Below, piece by piece: positions 36,553-51,350 of a stretch of DNA of 64,000 nt. Both the position numbers and the translations under genes were made by a program. The notes beneath the pieces were generated by a model. The model worked only from the letters and a program-made list of their open reading frames with translations, made no database searches and had not been told where the DNA came from. Location: the NCBI RefSeq assembly GCF_001194135.2, contig NC_068983.1, positions 72,980,811-73,044,810 of the forward strand. The letters are read 5' to 3'. This stretch comes from Octopus bimaculoides (lineage: Eukaryota). Positions within the stretch are counted from its first letter, which is position 1, and each line of letters begins with the position of its first letter.

Positions 36553-37332
36553 CGGCATAAGAGGCTTTTCGGTGCGGATTTGAGAACAGATGAATTCTGT
36601 GTTAAAACGGCTGTACATTTTATGTAAAAACTGATCTTCCCTATTCATCCTTAATACGTAGGGCTTCATAGGAAAACCATAACGGTCCCAGAATGCCCGG
36701 ACTCGAACATTTTCTGCAAACTGGCTAGTCAATAGATAAGGGTAATCAGGAGCTAGAACCGAGAGCAAACAATTGATAATTTGTTCAGTTTGGAGAAATG
36801 TTACGTTACTAGGATCCATTTTATTGTATCTTGTATATTTTAAGTTTCTGTCAATAAGGAAATTTTCAAATAAAATAACCCTTTCAATTAACGGTTTTAT
36901 ACGCTGTAAATAAGCCATCGCCTCTTCTTCCATTTGTTCATAAACTTCAGGCATTCCAGGAGCCATGTGAGTTTTGGTCACGTATTGTTGATATTCAAAA
37001 GACCTGGGATAATGCTGAACTGAGGGACATTTCCAAGTAACTTCTGGAGATGGTGATAACATTTCGAAACGATCTTTTAGCTTCAACTGCGGGTCTTTTA
37101 ACTTGCTTGATTGTTCCCAGATTGACCAAGATCTCTTTTCGCTCATGTTACCCCATGATCCTGGCGGCCATCTCGGTTTGATTGGTGGATATTGAATTCC
37201 TTCGTCGGAAATTTCCTCTAAAGTATTTACTGATACAACACTACTAGCATAACGATTATTTGGGTGGAAAAAAGAGGAGAATCTAGAGCAAGATCGACAC
37301 GACCTCGAAAGCATGAGTGATGGCATCGCCAT
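36553..37332 (-). CDS. MRPS30: mL65/MRPS30 exon 1
   Basis: ATG at 37332 starts an Arg/Ser-rich, acid-free presequence-like N-terminus. YPPI and YQQYVTKT match human YPPI and YQYFTKT. Donor CCG|GTATGT. Spliced CDS is 780+112+168+362=1422 nt = 473 aa + stop. Confidence 0.9.
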
Positions 37333-37974
37333 TTTGACATTGAAAAAATATTTCAAGGGACGTAACTCTAAAACACTTTATCTTGTGTTAAAAACGTGAG
37401 AAATTGGTGCTTGGAATTATTCAATTTGATGCCTTGTGGTTTTAACTCCATATCACACCGGAGTTAATTTACTTTCTAATACTTCTAATATTTAAAAGAG
37501 TCAAGTATATAGTCGTAACCAATATTTAGAGCCAACTGGATACCAACAAAATACATGTTAGCACAGTTTTAGAGCGTAATCTGCCCGTGAATTTCAAGAA
37601 TTGGAAAGAAAATTGGGACAAAATGATTAGTGTAGATATAAAAATCATAGCTTTTACTAAAGCCTTCGACACTGTATCATTTAGGAAACTTATATACAGA
37701 TGTAAAACAATAGAATCAACATTAGAACTCAAGAATGAATAGGGGCCTGATTGAATGTAAGAATGATACAATGGCAGTAAACAATAGAGTGAATTACACT
37801 TGAGCCTGTGATGTTTGGCTGGTGTCTGTCATTCAAATAGAACTTACAAAAGTCAAATTTCAAGACCTCAAGTTTTGTGAGGCTTAGTCAATTAGGTATT
37901 TTGTTGCTCACCAGAATGGGGGTAATGGATGAAGTGGGTACCAATAATATATTGAAATGGAGTGGGGGTGTAGT

Positions 37975-38340
37975 CATCATCATCATCATCATCATCATTT
38001 AACGTCCATTTTCCATGCTAGCATGGGTTGGACGATTTAACAGGAGCTGGCTAACCAGAAGACTACACTAGGTTTCAGTGTCTGCTTTGGCATGGTTTTT
38101 ATGGCTGAATGCCCTTTCTAACACCAACCACTTCACAGTGTGGACTGGATGCTTTTTATGTAGCACTAGCACAGGTGAGGTCAGTTTTGGCATGTTTTTT
38201 ACAGCTGGATGCCCTTCCAAACGCCAACCACATTACAGTATGAACTGGATGCTTTTTACATGGCACAAGTACACGGCGTAGCACCAGCAATGCTATCACA
38301 CCAGCAATGCCATGGCACTAGCAATGCCATGGCACCAGTA
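37975..38340 (-). mobile_element. Family D / RTE 3'-UTR repeat
   Basis: (GAT)n tail plus the conserved family D body. Confidence 0.8.
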
Positions 38341-38779
38341 TTTAAATAAATAAAATGCTTATTCTTACACACAATTGACATTCTGTAATTGAATCAGAGG
38401 ATTGACCCTATTGAGCAAGTTTCTTCCATCATAACCTCAAGTTGGTCCAAGCATTGGTAGTGAAATTTGGTTAATGGAAACTGTGTGGATGGAAATTGTT
38501 GAAAGCACTATTCTTGTTTTTATGTGGGTGAATTAATACATCATATTGTTTTACACAACCACTTGACCCTTGAGTGGACTTTAACAGAGTTCATTCTGTT
38601 GCAAGCGTTCTGAACCCAGTCTCCTGTTTGAGAAGTCCATCTTGAGGATTGTCTTGCTATATTCCTTCAGCTGGAAAGGAAAGGTGGTTCTTTTTTTGTT
38701 TTTTTTTCTGTTTGGTAGTTTTAATGAAACAAGTTGTATGATGGATAACACTGAAAATATTGTGTAGACATTTTAGTTT

Positions 38780-39165
38780 TCAGCTAAATCCTCATCAACA
38801 CCTTTAATTTCATTTGGATGGATGGGGGAGGTGCTCCCGTCCAATAAATTTTCTGAAAGACGGGTGAGTATGGTCTGAATGAATAGGATTACCCTCCCTG
38901 AAACTCTCATAGGTTGAAGAACACAGCTGGGAGCGGGTACTTGCCTTTTGATAATAAGGGTTCCCCAGAACACCTGTGAGGTTCCTTCATCTTCCCCACC
39001 CCTATGTTGTTCTCCTCCTGTTAAAGTGTGTAATGTAATTGCCTTTTGTTTTTCTTTCGGTTCTACTTAACCTCCTCCTCTCCTCCCACCATTTCCTTGT
39101 CTTGTTCTTCTTTTCTACTGCCCTTGTGACAAATAAAGGAAAGATCATTATCATCATCATCCACT
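38780..39165 (+). mobile_element. Probable old LINE 3' end
   Basis: Decayed ORF-like sequence, pyrimidine-rich 3' UTR, AATAAA and (ATC)n tail. Confidence 0.35.
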
Positions 39166-39712
39166 GCTATACTTCACCCCACTCCTCCATATCATCATTA
39201 AGTAGTTTATGAAGAAGCAAAAAAGAAAAGCATTGAATATATTTTGAATATTTTTATTTGTCTTTCTGTGATTGAGATAAAAATTCAGCTGAGATCAACA
39301 TTGATTTCCATTTCTTTTCAATCAATGAAATCCGCCCTAGCATGACCTAGATGATGCAAATGAATAGATGGGTAAGATCCTTAGTGAAGAAGCACATGGT
39401 TAAGAGGGCCTATATATATATATATATATATATATATAAGACCGAGAGGAAGAAGATAACTGCTAGAAATAAAGACCATGCTAGTTTTCAAAACAAAACA
39501 TGATCTCTCAAGCTACTTAGCAAAATTAAATGTGGTTTTCAAAACAAGAACATGACAGCTCGAGGTATGAGCAAAATTAACAAGCCATGTATTGCCACCA
39601 CAAACACATATTTAAGACAAGCTTCTTTGGTAACTTCAGTACATGAAGGTGATAGGTCCCAGCATTGATCCTTCCCTCAGTATTATCCCAAGCTAGATCC
39701 TATCTGCATTAA

Positions 39713-39932
39713 CCCTTTAGCATTCAGATTTCTTTGTCAAATATAATGCTTACTTATTCATATTTTTAAAGTTTAATCCTGTATTATCTTGTAGCTTTGA
39801 AATTTCGAAGATGTGATTGTTTAATTTTAAAATGACATAGTAAGGTAGGTGTGAGAGCCTGTATCTGGCCAGTTTGAACATAAGACAAGTAGAATATGCA
39901 AGTCTGATATAACCTGTTTAAATGTTAAAGAG
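39713..39932. mobile_element. piggyBac-type MITE, second copy
   Basis: TTAA-CCCTTTAGCAT...ATGTTAAAGAG-TTAA. The body is the reverse complement of 22968-23176. Confidence 0.8.
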
Positions 39933-40224
39933 TTAAACTCTTCAATCTCCTCTCAGAAGGAATCACCCTACTTTCTGTGAAAACATAACATTGAGTCCTA
40001 TTCCCAAAGATAATCTTCCTAACCTTGCCATCTACTTAACTTACCTGTTGGCCTGATTTCTACAATTTATTGGAGGTGCAGGTATGGTTGTGTGGTTAAG
40101 AAGCTTACTTTGCAGCCATATGGTTTCAGGTTCAGTCCTACTGCATGGCTCCTTGTGCAAGTGTCCCAGGTCAACCAATTCTTGTGACTGAATTAGACAA
40201 ACTATGTGGAAGCCCATTATGTAT

Positions 40225-40440
40225 CCTTTCTACTATAAGCACAAAGGTTGAAATTTGGGGGAGGAGGATAATCGATTACATCAACCCTAGTGTTTCACTG
40301 GTACTTAATTTATCGATCCTGAAAGGATGAAAAGCAAAGTCGACCTCAGCAGAATTTGAACTCAGAATGTAGCAACAGGTGAAATACCACTAAGCATTTC
40401 GTCCAGCATGCTAACAATTCTGCCAGCTCTCTGCCTTGGA
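40225..40440 (-). mobile_element. SINE family C nested in a degraded family A SINE (~40080-40640)
   Basis: GAAAGGATGAAAAGCAAAGTCGACCTCAGCAGAATTTGAACTCAGAA is the reverse complement of family C. Family A head lies upstream and tail downstream. Confidence 0.75.
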
Positions 40441-43400
40441 AGCCCATCATTTATGTGTGGATATAAGTGTGTGCACGTATGTTTCTGTTTATCTCCCACA
40501 CACTATATGACAACCAGTGTTGGTTTGTTTATGTCCTTATAACAGAACAGTTTGGCAAAAGAGACCAATAGAATAAATCCTAGATTTAAAAGTACTAGGA
40601 GTGTTGGTCTACTAAACTCATCAATGTAGTGCTCAATCATGGCCACATTCCAATAAAAGTTAAAATGGTAAAAGGTATCTGAAAACTAATAGAGACAATC
40701 AGTAACAACCTCTATTTTCTTTACCACTTAGTTTTTTTCCTCTGTTTCTCAGCAACCATCTATATTTCTGTAGACTCAGAACAACTGGAGATCTGTTTGT
40801 GTATGTAATTCATCAGTGTTTAATCATCGAGAACTTCAACAAATGTTTTTATGGTTACCTGCAACAAAATTTTTGTATATAACATAAGAACCTCATAGCT
40901 ATGTTGTAGATTATACACCTATTATTAAAGGAATTCCAGTCGTGACTATCTTATCTTTTCCCTATGTGCAAGAAACTCAGGTACACATTATCCGACATGT
41001 CCATTTTTAGGAAAAGAGGTTATGTGAAATTTGGCTACTATTTCTAGCAAACTGAGCAACCACATTACACCGCCTTCCATAGCTTTGTTGCATGTATGGG
41101 GACTATATTCAACATGAGAACCTCATAGTTATGTTGCCAGCCATGAGAGAGTCCTGTCAGACTGCACCAATGGCAAGCACTTATTCACCAACCCACTCCA
41201 ACCTCTAGCCATGTTTCTTCCATCTGCCTTTGTTCCTCAAAGTTAGCTTATTGTATAACACCTCCATCTGACATAGTTTCAAGGGACTTATGCTGACTTG
41301 TATCCTCAATTCTTCATCTCTTTGGGGAATTTATTAAATAAGTGGCAGTAACTTAGATAAATTCTGTAAGTCCTTCTGTTGTATACTAAAATAGATCCTG
41401 AAACAGATCCCATACAATACATCTGTAAAAACTTCTTACTAAAATATACATGCAATAATTTATTATTTTTTTTATTATGGATAATGTGGCAAATATACAC
41501 AAATATGACAGGATGAAATACTTTACATCACAGAAATACTAGATCAGGGGGGTTTTTTTTTGTTTTTTTTATATATTTGCTGGGTTAGGGGGAAAAGGCC
41601 AGTGACAAAGGCCTTTGCAAGCCCCTTCCCTTAGATCAGTGAGACTGATGCCAGTGAATGTTTCTAATTAACCTTTCCAAATCAACACCTACAGAAAAGA
41701 CATGAACAGGGACAAAACACCAGAGGGCTGATGTTCTAAAAAAGAGAGACTGGTTGCAGTGATTACTGTGGAGCCAGATGGGTAATGAGAGGAGGAGAGA
41801 GAAATGTGCTGGAAATGCCCAAGTGGAGATAACATGAGCCTAGCAGCTATTTAATTAATAAATTAGCAGGTTATTAAATTTAATCAAATTAAGCAGAAGC
41901 TATTAGATTAATCTGGAATTCCACAATACTAAGCAATAATAATTACATGCATCCACAACTTCATTCTTCCGATTCAATAATACACAATATATATATATAA
42001 AACTGCTAAAAACGTTTTCACTATTTTTCTCTCCTGTTTTCTTGCTTGTTTTTTTCCATTGTCCATATTTGCTATGTCAGAAACTAAGAATTTTAGATTT
42101 TTTCTTTAGTAAATTTAAACCGAATAAACATCAAAATTTTTTTTTAGCAAGATACTATAAAGGTCCATATATAATACACCTGATTTTCAGTCCCAAATCA
42201 TTTTAAACCCATAACATCAGGTAGTGTTGCACACATGCAGATAATCTGCTATAATCTATACTAATAAGACAATAGGCACAGGTATATCTGTGTGTGTAGT
42301 CAAGAAGTTCACTTCCCAATCGCATGGCTTTGGCTTCAGTTCCACTGTGTGGTACCTTGGACAAGAATCTTTTACTAAAGCTCTGAGTCTTGTGAGTGGA
42401 TTTGGTAGATGGAAGCTAAAACATTTGCCATATATGCTTGTTTGTGTGCATTATGCTTATTTTTGCATTGTGTGATAATTGTAAATGTTGCAGTCATACA
42501 AGTGCCATCATTCATTTCCAATCTTTCATGAAAACATGTCCAGTCATGGGAAATATTATCTCATTTGGAAACACGTGCAGATTGGTGACAGGAAGGGCAT
42601 CCAGCCATAGAAAATCTGCCTCAACAAATTTCATCCGATCCATGCAAGCACAAAAAAGTGAACATTAAAATGATGGCAATACTGATACACAATAAAGAGA
42701 ATTCTATGATTTTTCTTTTAACTAAATTCTACCAGTCTTGGATAAGTGCCTTCTCAGGCCAACCAAAGCTTTCTGAGTGAATTTGATAGATAGAAATTGA
42801 AAGATGTGTGTATGTATCACCATCATGATAGACATTCTTCTTTTCATGCCCACTTTTCTCTGCTTGCAGGGGTCAAACAGAATTTGCCAAAGCAGATTTT
42901 CTACAGTTCAAAGCTTTCCTCTTCCAAGCAAGGTAATAATTCCCCATGGTTAGACATGTTTTCACAGAAGATTGGAAATAAAGGACACTGCTTGTATAAT
43001 GTCATGCATGTGCATCTTGACATCATGTACTAATTGTAAACAAACATTATAGTCAGTGTGTTTGCAATTTTCCATAAAAGTATTCGACTTGGAAAATATT
43101 AACTTGCTTGGAAACAGAAAGAACATCTGGCCATACAAAATTTGCTTCAATGAATTTCATCTGATCTATGCAAGCATGGAAAGGTGGAGTTTTTTCATAT
43201 ATAACCCAGAACTGTTTAACATGTTACATGCTGGGTGTACTATGGGTTAGATAGAAGAAAAAAAAACCAAATCACAAAAATATAATAAAAATGTTTTCAT
43301 ACAAAGTCACATAACACAATTTCCATAAAATATAGGTGCAAGTATGCCTGTGTGTTAAGAAATTTATTTCCCAACATCTCGGGTTCAATTCCACTGCGTG

Positions 43401-45349
43401 ACACCTTGGGCAAGTCTCTTACTATAGCTCTGAGCTAAACAAAGCCTTGTGAGTGGAATCTGTAGATGGAAACTGAAAGAAGCTCATCATATATATTTGT
43501 GTGTGTGTTTGCACATGCTGCTGCTGTCTCCTTGCCTTAACAATGCAGGTAATGTCCTTACTTGGAAACATTGGAAATATGTGAGAGTTGGTGACAGGAA
43601 GAGCATCTGGTTGCAGAAAATCCACCTCAATAAATTCTGTTCAACTCATTCANNNNNNNNNNTATATATATATATATATATCAAGAGGTTAGCAGTTTGT
43701 ATCCTGTCATCAGCTTCACAGTCTGTGACCAGGGCATTTAATTTCCAAATGGTTTAGTCCATTAATAACTGTAAAATTGAAAGCTTGCTGTGAGTTTGGA
43801 AAAGGCAATGAGAAAACACTCCGACGTCACCTTTAGAATTACTGTATGATAACCAGTTCTTCAGTGATACTTCAAGACCCAACAGGGTAACATGATGATG
43901 CAGAAATAAAACTTCATTAATACTGGGATAAATATTACTTTTGATTATGTAATAGAATGGGAAGGGTACACATTAAACATTCCTCTATTTGTATTTTAAT
44001 TTCTTTCACAATTTAGATGCCATGGGGTCCAAAGTAACTAATGTCATAAAGATTGGATTCAAACTGGTTATATCTGCCCCTTAAAAGATACTGATATAGC
44101 ATAACTTCAATTTAAGACTATTGAGCAATATGGTTCCGCCACTCCAGAGTTTAAACAAAAAAAAAAACAAAAAAAAAACACATTTACATCACATAATAGT
44201 ATGAAACAAACAAGACACCTTTATAACTGACCATAATTTACTTCCATTACAGATCATCCTCAGTATTTAAGAATATGTATTGTAAAATTGTATTTTCATG
44301 TGTTTGTCACTACTTGGCACCAAGATAAAACACTGCCAGAAACAAAGAGAAATTAAGAAAAGGAAAGCTTTGTTACCAAGAGAAATGTGGAAAGCTGTCT
44401 TTTCATGGTTTTGGAATTAACGTAACAGATATGGAAGGAGTTGATATCTTGCTAGATTTCAGTATCATAAGAGGTGAAAAAAAATGAGAGAGAGAGAGAG
44501 AATCTGCCTGTAGGTTAAGACCACTGTGGGTAGGGCCATATAAACTCAATTTAAAATTAGAGTTTTCTTCAAATTTAGATAATAAAAAGGATATAATTAT
44601 CTCCTCCTTGTTTTAGATTGAAATTCTAATTAACATACACTTAGAAAATACAAGAAGTTTTCAGACACAAACTTTCTAGAATACCATTTGAAAGTTCAAG
44701 AATCTTATTAAATAGTTCAAAACAGAGAAATGAATAAATAAAAATAAATAAATACAACAGCTAAAATAATAAAAAAAATTTGTCTAGACTTTTCATCCAT
44801 TGGCTTTATTTTATCAGAAAGGTATATAGTATATTGGAAATTGCTAAGAATAAAAATGATAAAAATTCCATTTATCTGGTAATTATTTCAAATGTAACAA
44901 AAAAAAAAAAAAAAAANNNNNNNNNNNNNNNNNNNNNNNNNNNNNNNNNNNNNNNNNNNNNNNNNNNNNNNNNNNNNNNNNNNNNNNNNNNNNNNNNNNN
45001 NNNNNNNNNNNNNNNNNNNNNNNNNNNNNNNNNNNNNNNNNNNNNNNNNNNNNNNNNNNNNNNNNNNNNNNNNNNNNNNNNNNNNNNNNNNNNNNNNNNN
45101 NNNNNNNNNNNNNNNNNNNNNNNNNNNNNNNNNNNNNNNNNNNNNNNNNNNNNNNNNNNNNNNNNNNNNNNNNNNNNNNNNNNNNNNNNNNNNNNNNNNN
45201 NNNNNNNNNNNNNNNNNNNNNNNNNNNNNNNNNNNNNNNNNNNNNNATGAACTTTCATTTGTTAATTTAAAAAAAAAAAGATCAAAATAGACTTTACATT
45301 CACCCATTTACACTTGAATTCTCACATATTATTTCCTTGCAGTATATTT

Positions 45350-45391
<42 letters not shown>

Positions 45392-46913
45392 TATTGCAAA
45401 TTTAGGCCAAAACTCAAATAAAAACATAGCTTTGCATAGGGGTTTTCAGTTAAAGAGGCATGTGTCTATTTCCAAATAGGACGCAATTAATATATAATTC
45501 CTATTGCTTTCTTTCAGAAGACTAATAAAATTCAATGAACTTTGAACTTTTCTTTGCAAATCTCTATTAAGTATATCATTTTCTTAACAGGCAACAAAAC
45601 TGCTAACATTATTGCAGTACAATACTCTTGAGGTGCCTATCTATGTTTTACGCAAATATAGACATAAATTCAAGAAAGAGAACAGTATATAACTAGATTT
45701 CACTGGTATGGACTGAAATTCAATGATAAATTGGTAGGTCTTTTAAAAAAATTATCCTTTTCTGAAAAACAAATTTAAAATGCTTTCTTTTGTTTCATTA
45801 ATAAAATATTTCCACTGGGCTTTTTTAAAAAAATGAAAGGAAACAAAAAAAAAATCTGAATTTTAGTTCTTAGAATTTATAAAAAGGTTTCATTTTTTCA
45901 TAAAAGTTTAAGACATGAAAGTTATCCATATATTTCTTTGTAGAAGATGATATTAAGTATAACAGAAGTATTTGTGACTGAGTGTGTAGAATTAAGAAGT
46001 TTCTGTTTCCCTTTCTCTGTATATCTTAATCTTGCACTGATACATAACTCTTTTTGCTATGAGTAGCTTTAATTTTTGTCTGCTGCCATCTGTAGCATCT
46101 ATTTATATAATTGGCAGTGTTTCCTTCACTCTCTCTGTTTGTCCATCCTCTTGACAAGCACATCAAAGGCAATTAGCTACTATGCTACTTTCACTATCTC
46201 TGTGTTTGGTTAAAACACAAACAAGTCACTTAGCTGTATACTGAGTAGATATGTACATTATACATTTAGCTAACCATGTATAAATTGTACACATGTGTGT
46301 AATTGTATGTATATTTTATTAAATGATGAAGAACATGTAGTGTACTTGATTAATCCCTTTAATTACAGTCTGGGACATTTTCCATAGGTAACCACCAGTT
46401 ATTCTGCATTGGTAATAGAGTTATTAAAATATGAATTTTGCTTTCATGCTGATCATTTCAACATCTATTTCTCATATTTGCAGGGTTTAAAGGCTTAAAT
46501 CTAAATTTTTAAAATATATTTTTCTACATTATTCTTTTTAACTGAATAGATATGAGTTACTAGAAGGAAAATATTAGAAATCAAGTTTTAGCTGACACTT
46601 AAGATTTGAAATTCTTGTTTTCATTTAAGTTTCTTGGTGAGTTTTTTTAGTAGTAAGATTCAATAATGACAAAAATAAACACTGAAGAATAGTCTAAATT
46701 CAGTTCTTAGTATATTGAGTCAATTCTTCAAATAATAAAAAGAAAATAGATTTTTCCAGTAAAAATTCAACTTTCAACAAAGACATTCAATCTGCTGGTA
46801 CCTGAAATGTAAGAACAAGGTTTTATTTTCTTGTATAAACCATTCTCTTTAGTCTTTATTATATTCATCATTGAATCTTCCTTCAACAAAACTTATCAAT
46901 AAGCTTCCATGAT

Positions 46914-46952
<39 letters not shown>

Positions 46953-48606
46953 ATGTGTGTAACTTGATAGACAATATCTTTTTAAAAGCAAAACTTTAAA
47001 TAAAAATTTAAACCCCACAAAGGCATGCTGATGAAAAATAGATTCTGAAATGAGAAGATTATAATCAAGAAAAGGAAATCCATATCTGGTAAATAACTAG
47101 CTACTGGAATATATACAGAAGTGTTGCTATGAAAGCTGAATTCCCTACCTCACACTATACACACACAAAGAAAACCGATATTCACTGGAAAAACCATGTT
47201 GCCAGAAGAAAAAAAATATGAAATACAAAGAGTGAGATTAGTGAAGTAAGTGACATTCTATAACCTTTAGATTCAATGACAGTGTATGTTTTAGTAAACT
47301 AAGACATTGAAATGGAAAAATATTTCCTGCCTGTAATAGCCCACAAACTTATCAAAGCATAGCGTAGTATTGCAGTTAGTCTTCACAATGAACAAATTAT
47401 AGTTGCTTTAACGTATCTTAATGAACAGGCATACCAAAGAAATTCATTGAAAAACAGAACTGGGATTCTTCAGTGAAAAATTCAACTTAAAGTTTTTGCT
47501 TATTTTGTGATACAAAAACAAAAAGTACTCAATATCGCCTTTGTGTTAGAAGTGTGCAGAGTCTGAGATAGATTTATTCATATGTTTATTAGTTTGTTTT
47601 AGCCACCGCAACCAAGGCCACTCTGGAGCACCACCTTATATGAGATAAACACAATTACATTATTATACAAAACATAGTCTTTTATTCTATCAGCACTCAG
47701 CACTTTAGTCAACTGTACACATCACAGAGTTGAGAAGAAAAAGGAAATATATCATTTGATGTGTACAAGAAACCAAAACACTGGCAATTGAACAAATATG
47801 TCTTGAATAATAATGTAATCTAGTTTATGTATGAATAAATACATATACACACACTGAGATGACGAAAGTAGATTCCATTTCAACTTGTTTAAATATCAAG
47901 GTTCTTAGAGTTATAAATTCTTGCTTAGAGTTTTAACTGGGTCAGTCAATGTAGACAAACTTTTCAAAGGAAAAGTTCAATAAACAATTTTAATAGCCTT
48001 ATAGTATCTAAAACAATACTGAGGAAGAAAATGAGTAAATAAATAAAATAGCTACAAATATACAAGTATATCAAACGGTCTATCAGAATAAAGGAAGTGA
48101 TATATGTGTGTGTGTAGACAGACAGACATAGGTGTGTGTGTGTATGGATAGATACACCCTTACAGATAGCTAGGCAGACAAACTGAAACTCAATCACAAA
48201 TAATGTAAGAAGTCAAATTTCAAAGAGAAAGTTATTCCTGTATTTTCATCAGAATTGACAACTAGACTGTTGGAAGAAAGAAGAAAAAGAAGAAGCAATG
48301 TATCTTATTTTGCATTTATACAGTCCATCAAGCATTAAAGAAGACAGACACAGAAAAATCACCTTTGATAAAATGCATTGTAAGTTTTGAAAATTATGTA
48401 CATTTTATATATGTGTGTATATATGTATACACATATATATATACATATCTGTATGTATATATGCATACACATATATACATATGTGTGTATGTATATATCT
48501 GTGTGTGTGTGTGTATACGTGTATGTATATATATATATATATATATATATTTATACATACACACATATGTACAGATAGAGACATCATATGCATATAGATG
48601 TGTGTA

Positions 48607-48649
<43 letters not shown>

Positions 48650-49680
48650 CACACAAACATACTCATCATTAAAAAAAAACTTTTTCTCTTAGAGGGTATA
48701 TGTGATACCAGTGCACAACCTGAGTGTGCTCCACATCATAACCATTATACACATGCACAAAATGCATTCAGACTAAAAAGTTTAGCTTAAAGAGTAGAAA
48801 ACATGAATGCAAGACAACAAATAAAGGGGGAAAGAGATTTGAAGGGCAATAGAAATAGATGTAAACCCTCCTATTAATGACATTTTTTTTTTCTATCTTC
48901 CAAGATTAAGATGAAAGGTCACCGATGGCTTTTTGAAACAGTCTAGCATGCTACTTATGTAATCAAATGTCCATGAGGGGGGAAGAAATTTGGTACATTT
49001 ATTAAAAAAAAAAAAAATGGAAAGAGTCCAGTAAAGAATCCAGGTCTATCATTGAACCATTAGATTCTGGTTTTAGTCCAAAAGCAGAAAATGATATAAG
49101 AGAGTATGTGTGCATGTATGTGTGTGTACTTGTGCGCATGCCTTTTCTGTAATTTTCGAGTTTAAGATTAAAAAAGTGGGGTGGGAGGCGCAGAAAAGGG
49201 TCAAAGATTTACAAAAGTTGCAAAAGGCATGTGTGCGTGTTTGCATCTACATGCACACAAACTCACAAGCACACACACACACACACACACAAATACATAC
49301 ATACAATATTTGGCAGTAGCCAAAGATGATCCAAACCACCTAAAAGCATCAATTTTCAATGACTTCTATCCAAATGTAGCAATGATGGAGTATTACAGGT
49401 ATCCCTGTGTAATTTGAAAATGTAACCTGTAGGTCACGCCCATCTTTTATCAGTTACATTTGCATAAAGATCATAGGTGCCACTGCCCAGTCAACTTGTA
49501 CATACTATACATTATGTGCAAGCATATATANNNNNNNNNNNNNNNNNNNNNNNNNNNNNNNNNNNNNNNNNNNNNNNNNNNNNNNNNNNNNNNNNNNNNN
49601 NNNNNNNNNNNNNNNNNNNNNNNNNNTATATACACATACATACATATATATATATAACACACACACACACACATACATCG

Positions 49681-49723
<43 letters not shown>

Positions 49724-50188
49724 ATGTATGTATGTAAGAGTGTGTGAATATATGTATAGTAAATGTAAACATACTGTCCTTCATATCAAAGTGGAACTCT
49801 TAAGTCTTCTGAAAAAATATTTTATACACTGCAGGTTACCATACAATTAGTGTTAGTACTGTTAGAAAATGTACAACTAACAACCAACAATGGAATAAAT
49901 TGCGGTCTTTCATTTGGTTCTAGGGTAAAAAGTTTTTCGTTTTCCACCCTTTGTATTAACATTATCATTATTATTATTATTATTATTAATATCATTCATT
50001 TTTTCCCCCTTCTGTTCAATTCTTAAAAATTTGTTTTTCATAACTTTTTTTTGCTTTTGTTTTTGTTGTTACAGTCATAGTATGTATGGTTTTGGCAGCA
50101 TCATATTTTATTTGTTGATGTTGCTATCATCATCATTATTTTTATTAAAATTTAACCAGCATCAGCCCTAAATGAACCAATTGCAGAA

Positions 50189-50284
50189 TTACGTCATCGA
50201 GCCAAACACAGGGTTATGGCGACATATACTAGGCCCATGTTCATCATAATCAGCTTTGGTATGGCATACTTGGTAGAATTCCGG
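50189..50284 (-). CDS. ACTR3: Actin-related protein 3, last coding exon
   Basis: [31 protein letters not shown], with a TAG acceptor. Confidence 0.98.
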   Translation of the reverse strand, partial: PEFYQVCHTKADYDEHGPSICRHNPVFGSMT

Positions 50285-51134
50285 CTAGAATAGAAAAAAA
50301 TAAGTATATATATATATATGTATATATAGATAGATAATTGGTTCTCAGATTTTCATCAACACCATGATTCAAACTTTATTATTAACATTTAACCATGCCT
50401 TCACCATTCACTGTCATCCCTATCCATTTACACTCTCCCTTCACACTATCATGAACTTACCCTATCTTATCCTCTAATATCCAACTTCCTGTAACTAGAA
50501 GCTATGACCTGACATCTCTTCACCATCTCTCATTTTCCAACTGGGATAGCCATGTATCTCCTCTACTGCAAGATACCTGTTACTGGCCATTATCATACTT
50601 TGATCTGTCATCACCAGACATAAAGCCACTTCCCTCAATACTACACTCCTCAGTTGAGGGAGTCATGTGATTTATTTAGTGGTCTCACTAGTGCCAGTGC
50701 TATGTAAAGTGGTTGATGTTGGGGAGGGCATCCAGCCATAGAAATCATGCAAAAGCTAATATTGGAGTTTGGTGAAGCCTTTTGACTCATCAGCTCCTGT
50801 CAAACCATCCAACTCCTGTGCATTAAACAATGAAGATGACAATATACTATGCTCTTCCTTGAGATAGGAATGTAATCCTTATTTACAACTGCTTCCTCAT
50901 TGGACATTTATCTGCAACTGAAGTAACTGTCTCCACAGCTAGCTACCCTTTCAGTTGCTAACCATTCAACCATCAAGGATTGGAATCTTTGCAGTCAGTT
51001 TATAGTGATATAAATAAAGCATGCATTTTGCACCAAAAGCCTCTATGAGAGTTTCTCTCATGGTATCTACTACAGTAAAGTTTGTTTCAACAGAATATCC
51101 ACATTTATGTAGGGATACATATTTATTTATTCAT

Positions 51135-51350
51135 TGCCTACAAGGGGCTAAACATAGAGGGGACAAACAAGGACAAAGGAATTAAGTCAATTACATCGAC
51201 CCCAGTGCATAACTGCTACTTACTTAATCAACCCTGAAAGGATGAAAGGCAAAGTTGACCACGGCAGAATTTGAACTCAGAATGTAATGGCAGATGAAAT
51301 ACCACTAGGCATTTCGCCCGGCATGCTAATGATTCTGCCAGCTCACCGCC
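51135..51350 (-). mobile_element. SINE family C in an ACTR3 intron
   Basis: Reverse complement of the family C head and body. Confidence 0.85.

Noticed and set aside
38784-38863. Exon-like segment with good AG/GTGAGT sites (KSSSTPLISFGW...)
   Set aside because: No partner exons were found, and it lies within what looks like a decayed LINE 3' end with an (ATC)n tail.
47900-49800. His/Tyr/Ile/Cys-Val-rich ORFs
   Set aside because: Translations of (CA)n, (TA)n and (TG)n microsatellites downstream of the ACTR3 stop.
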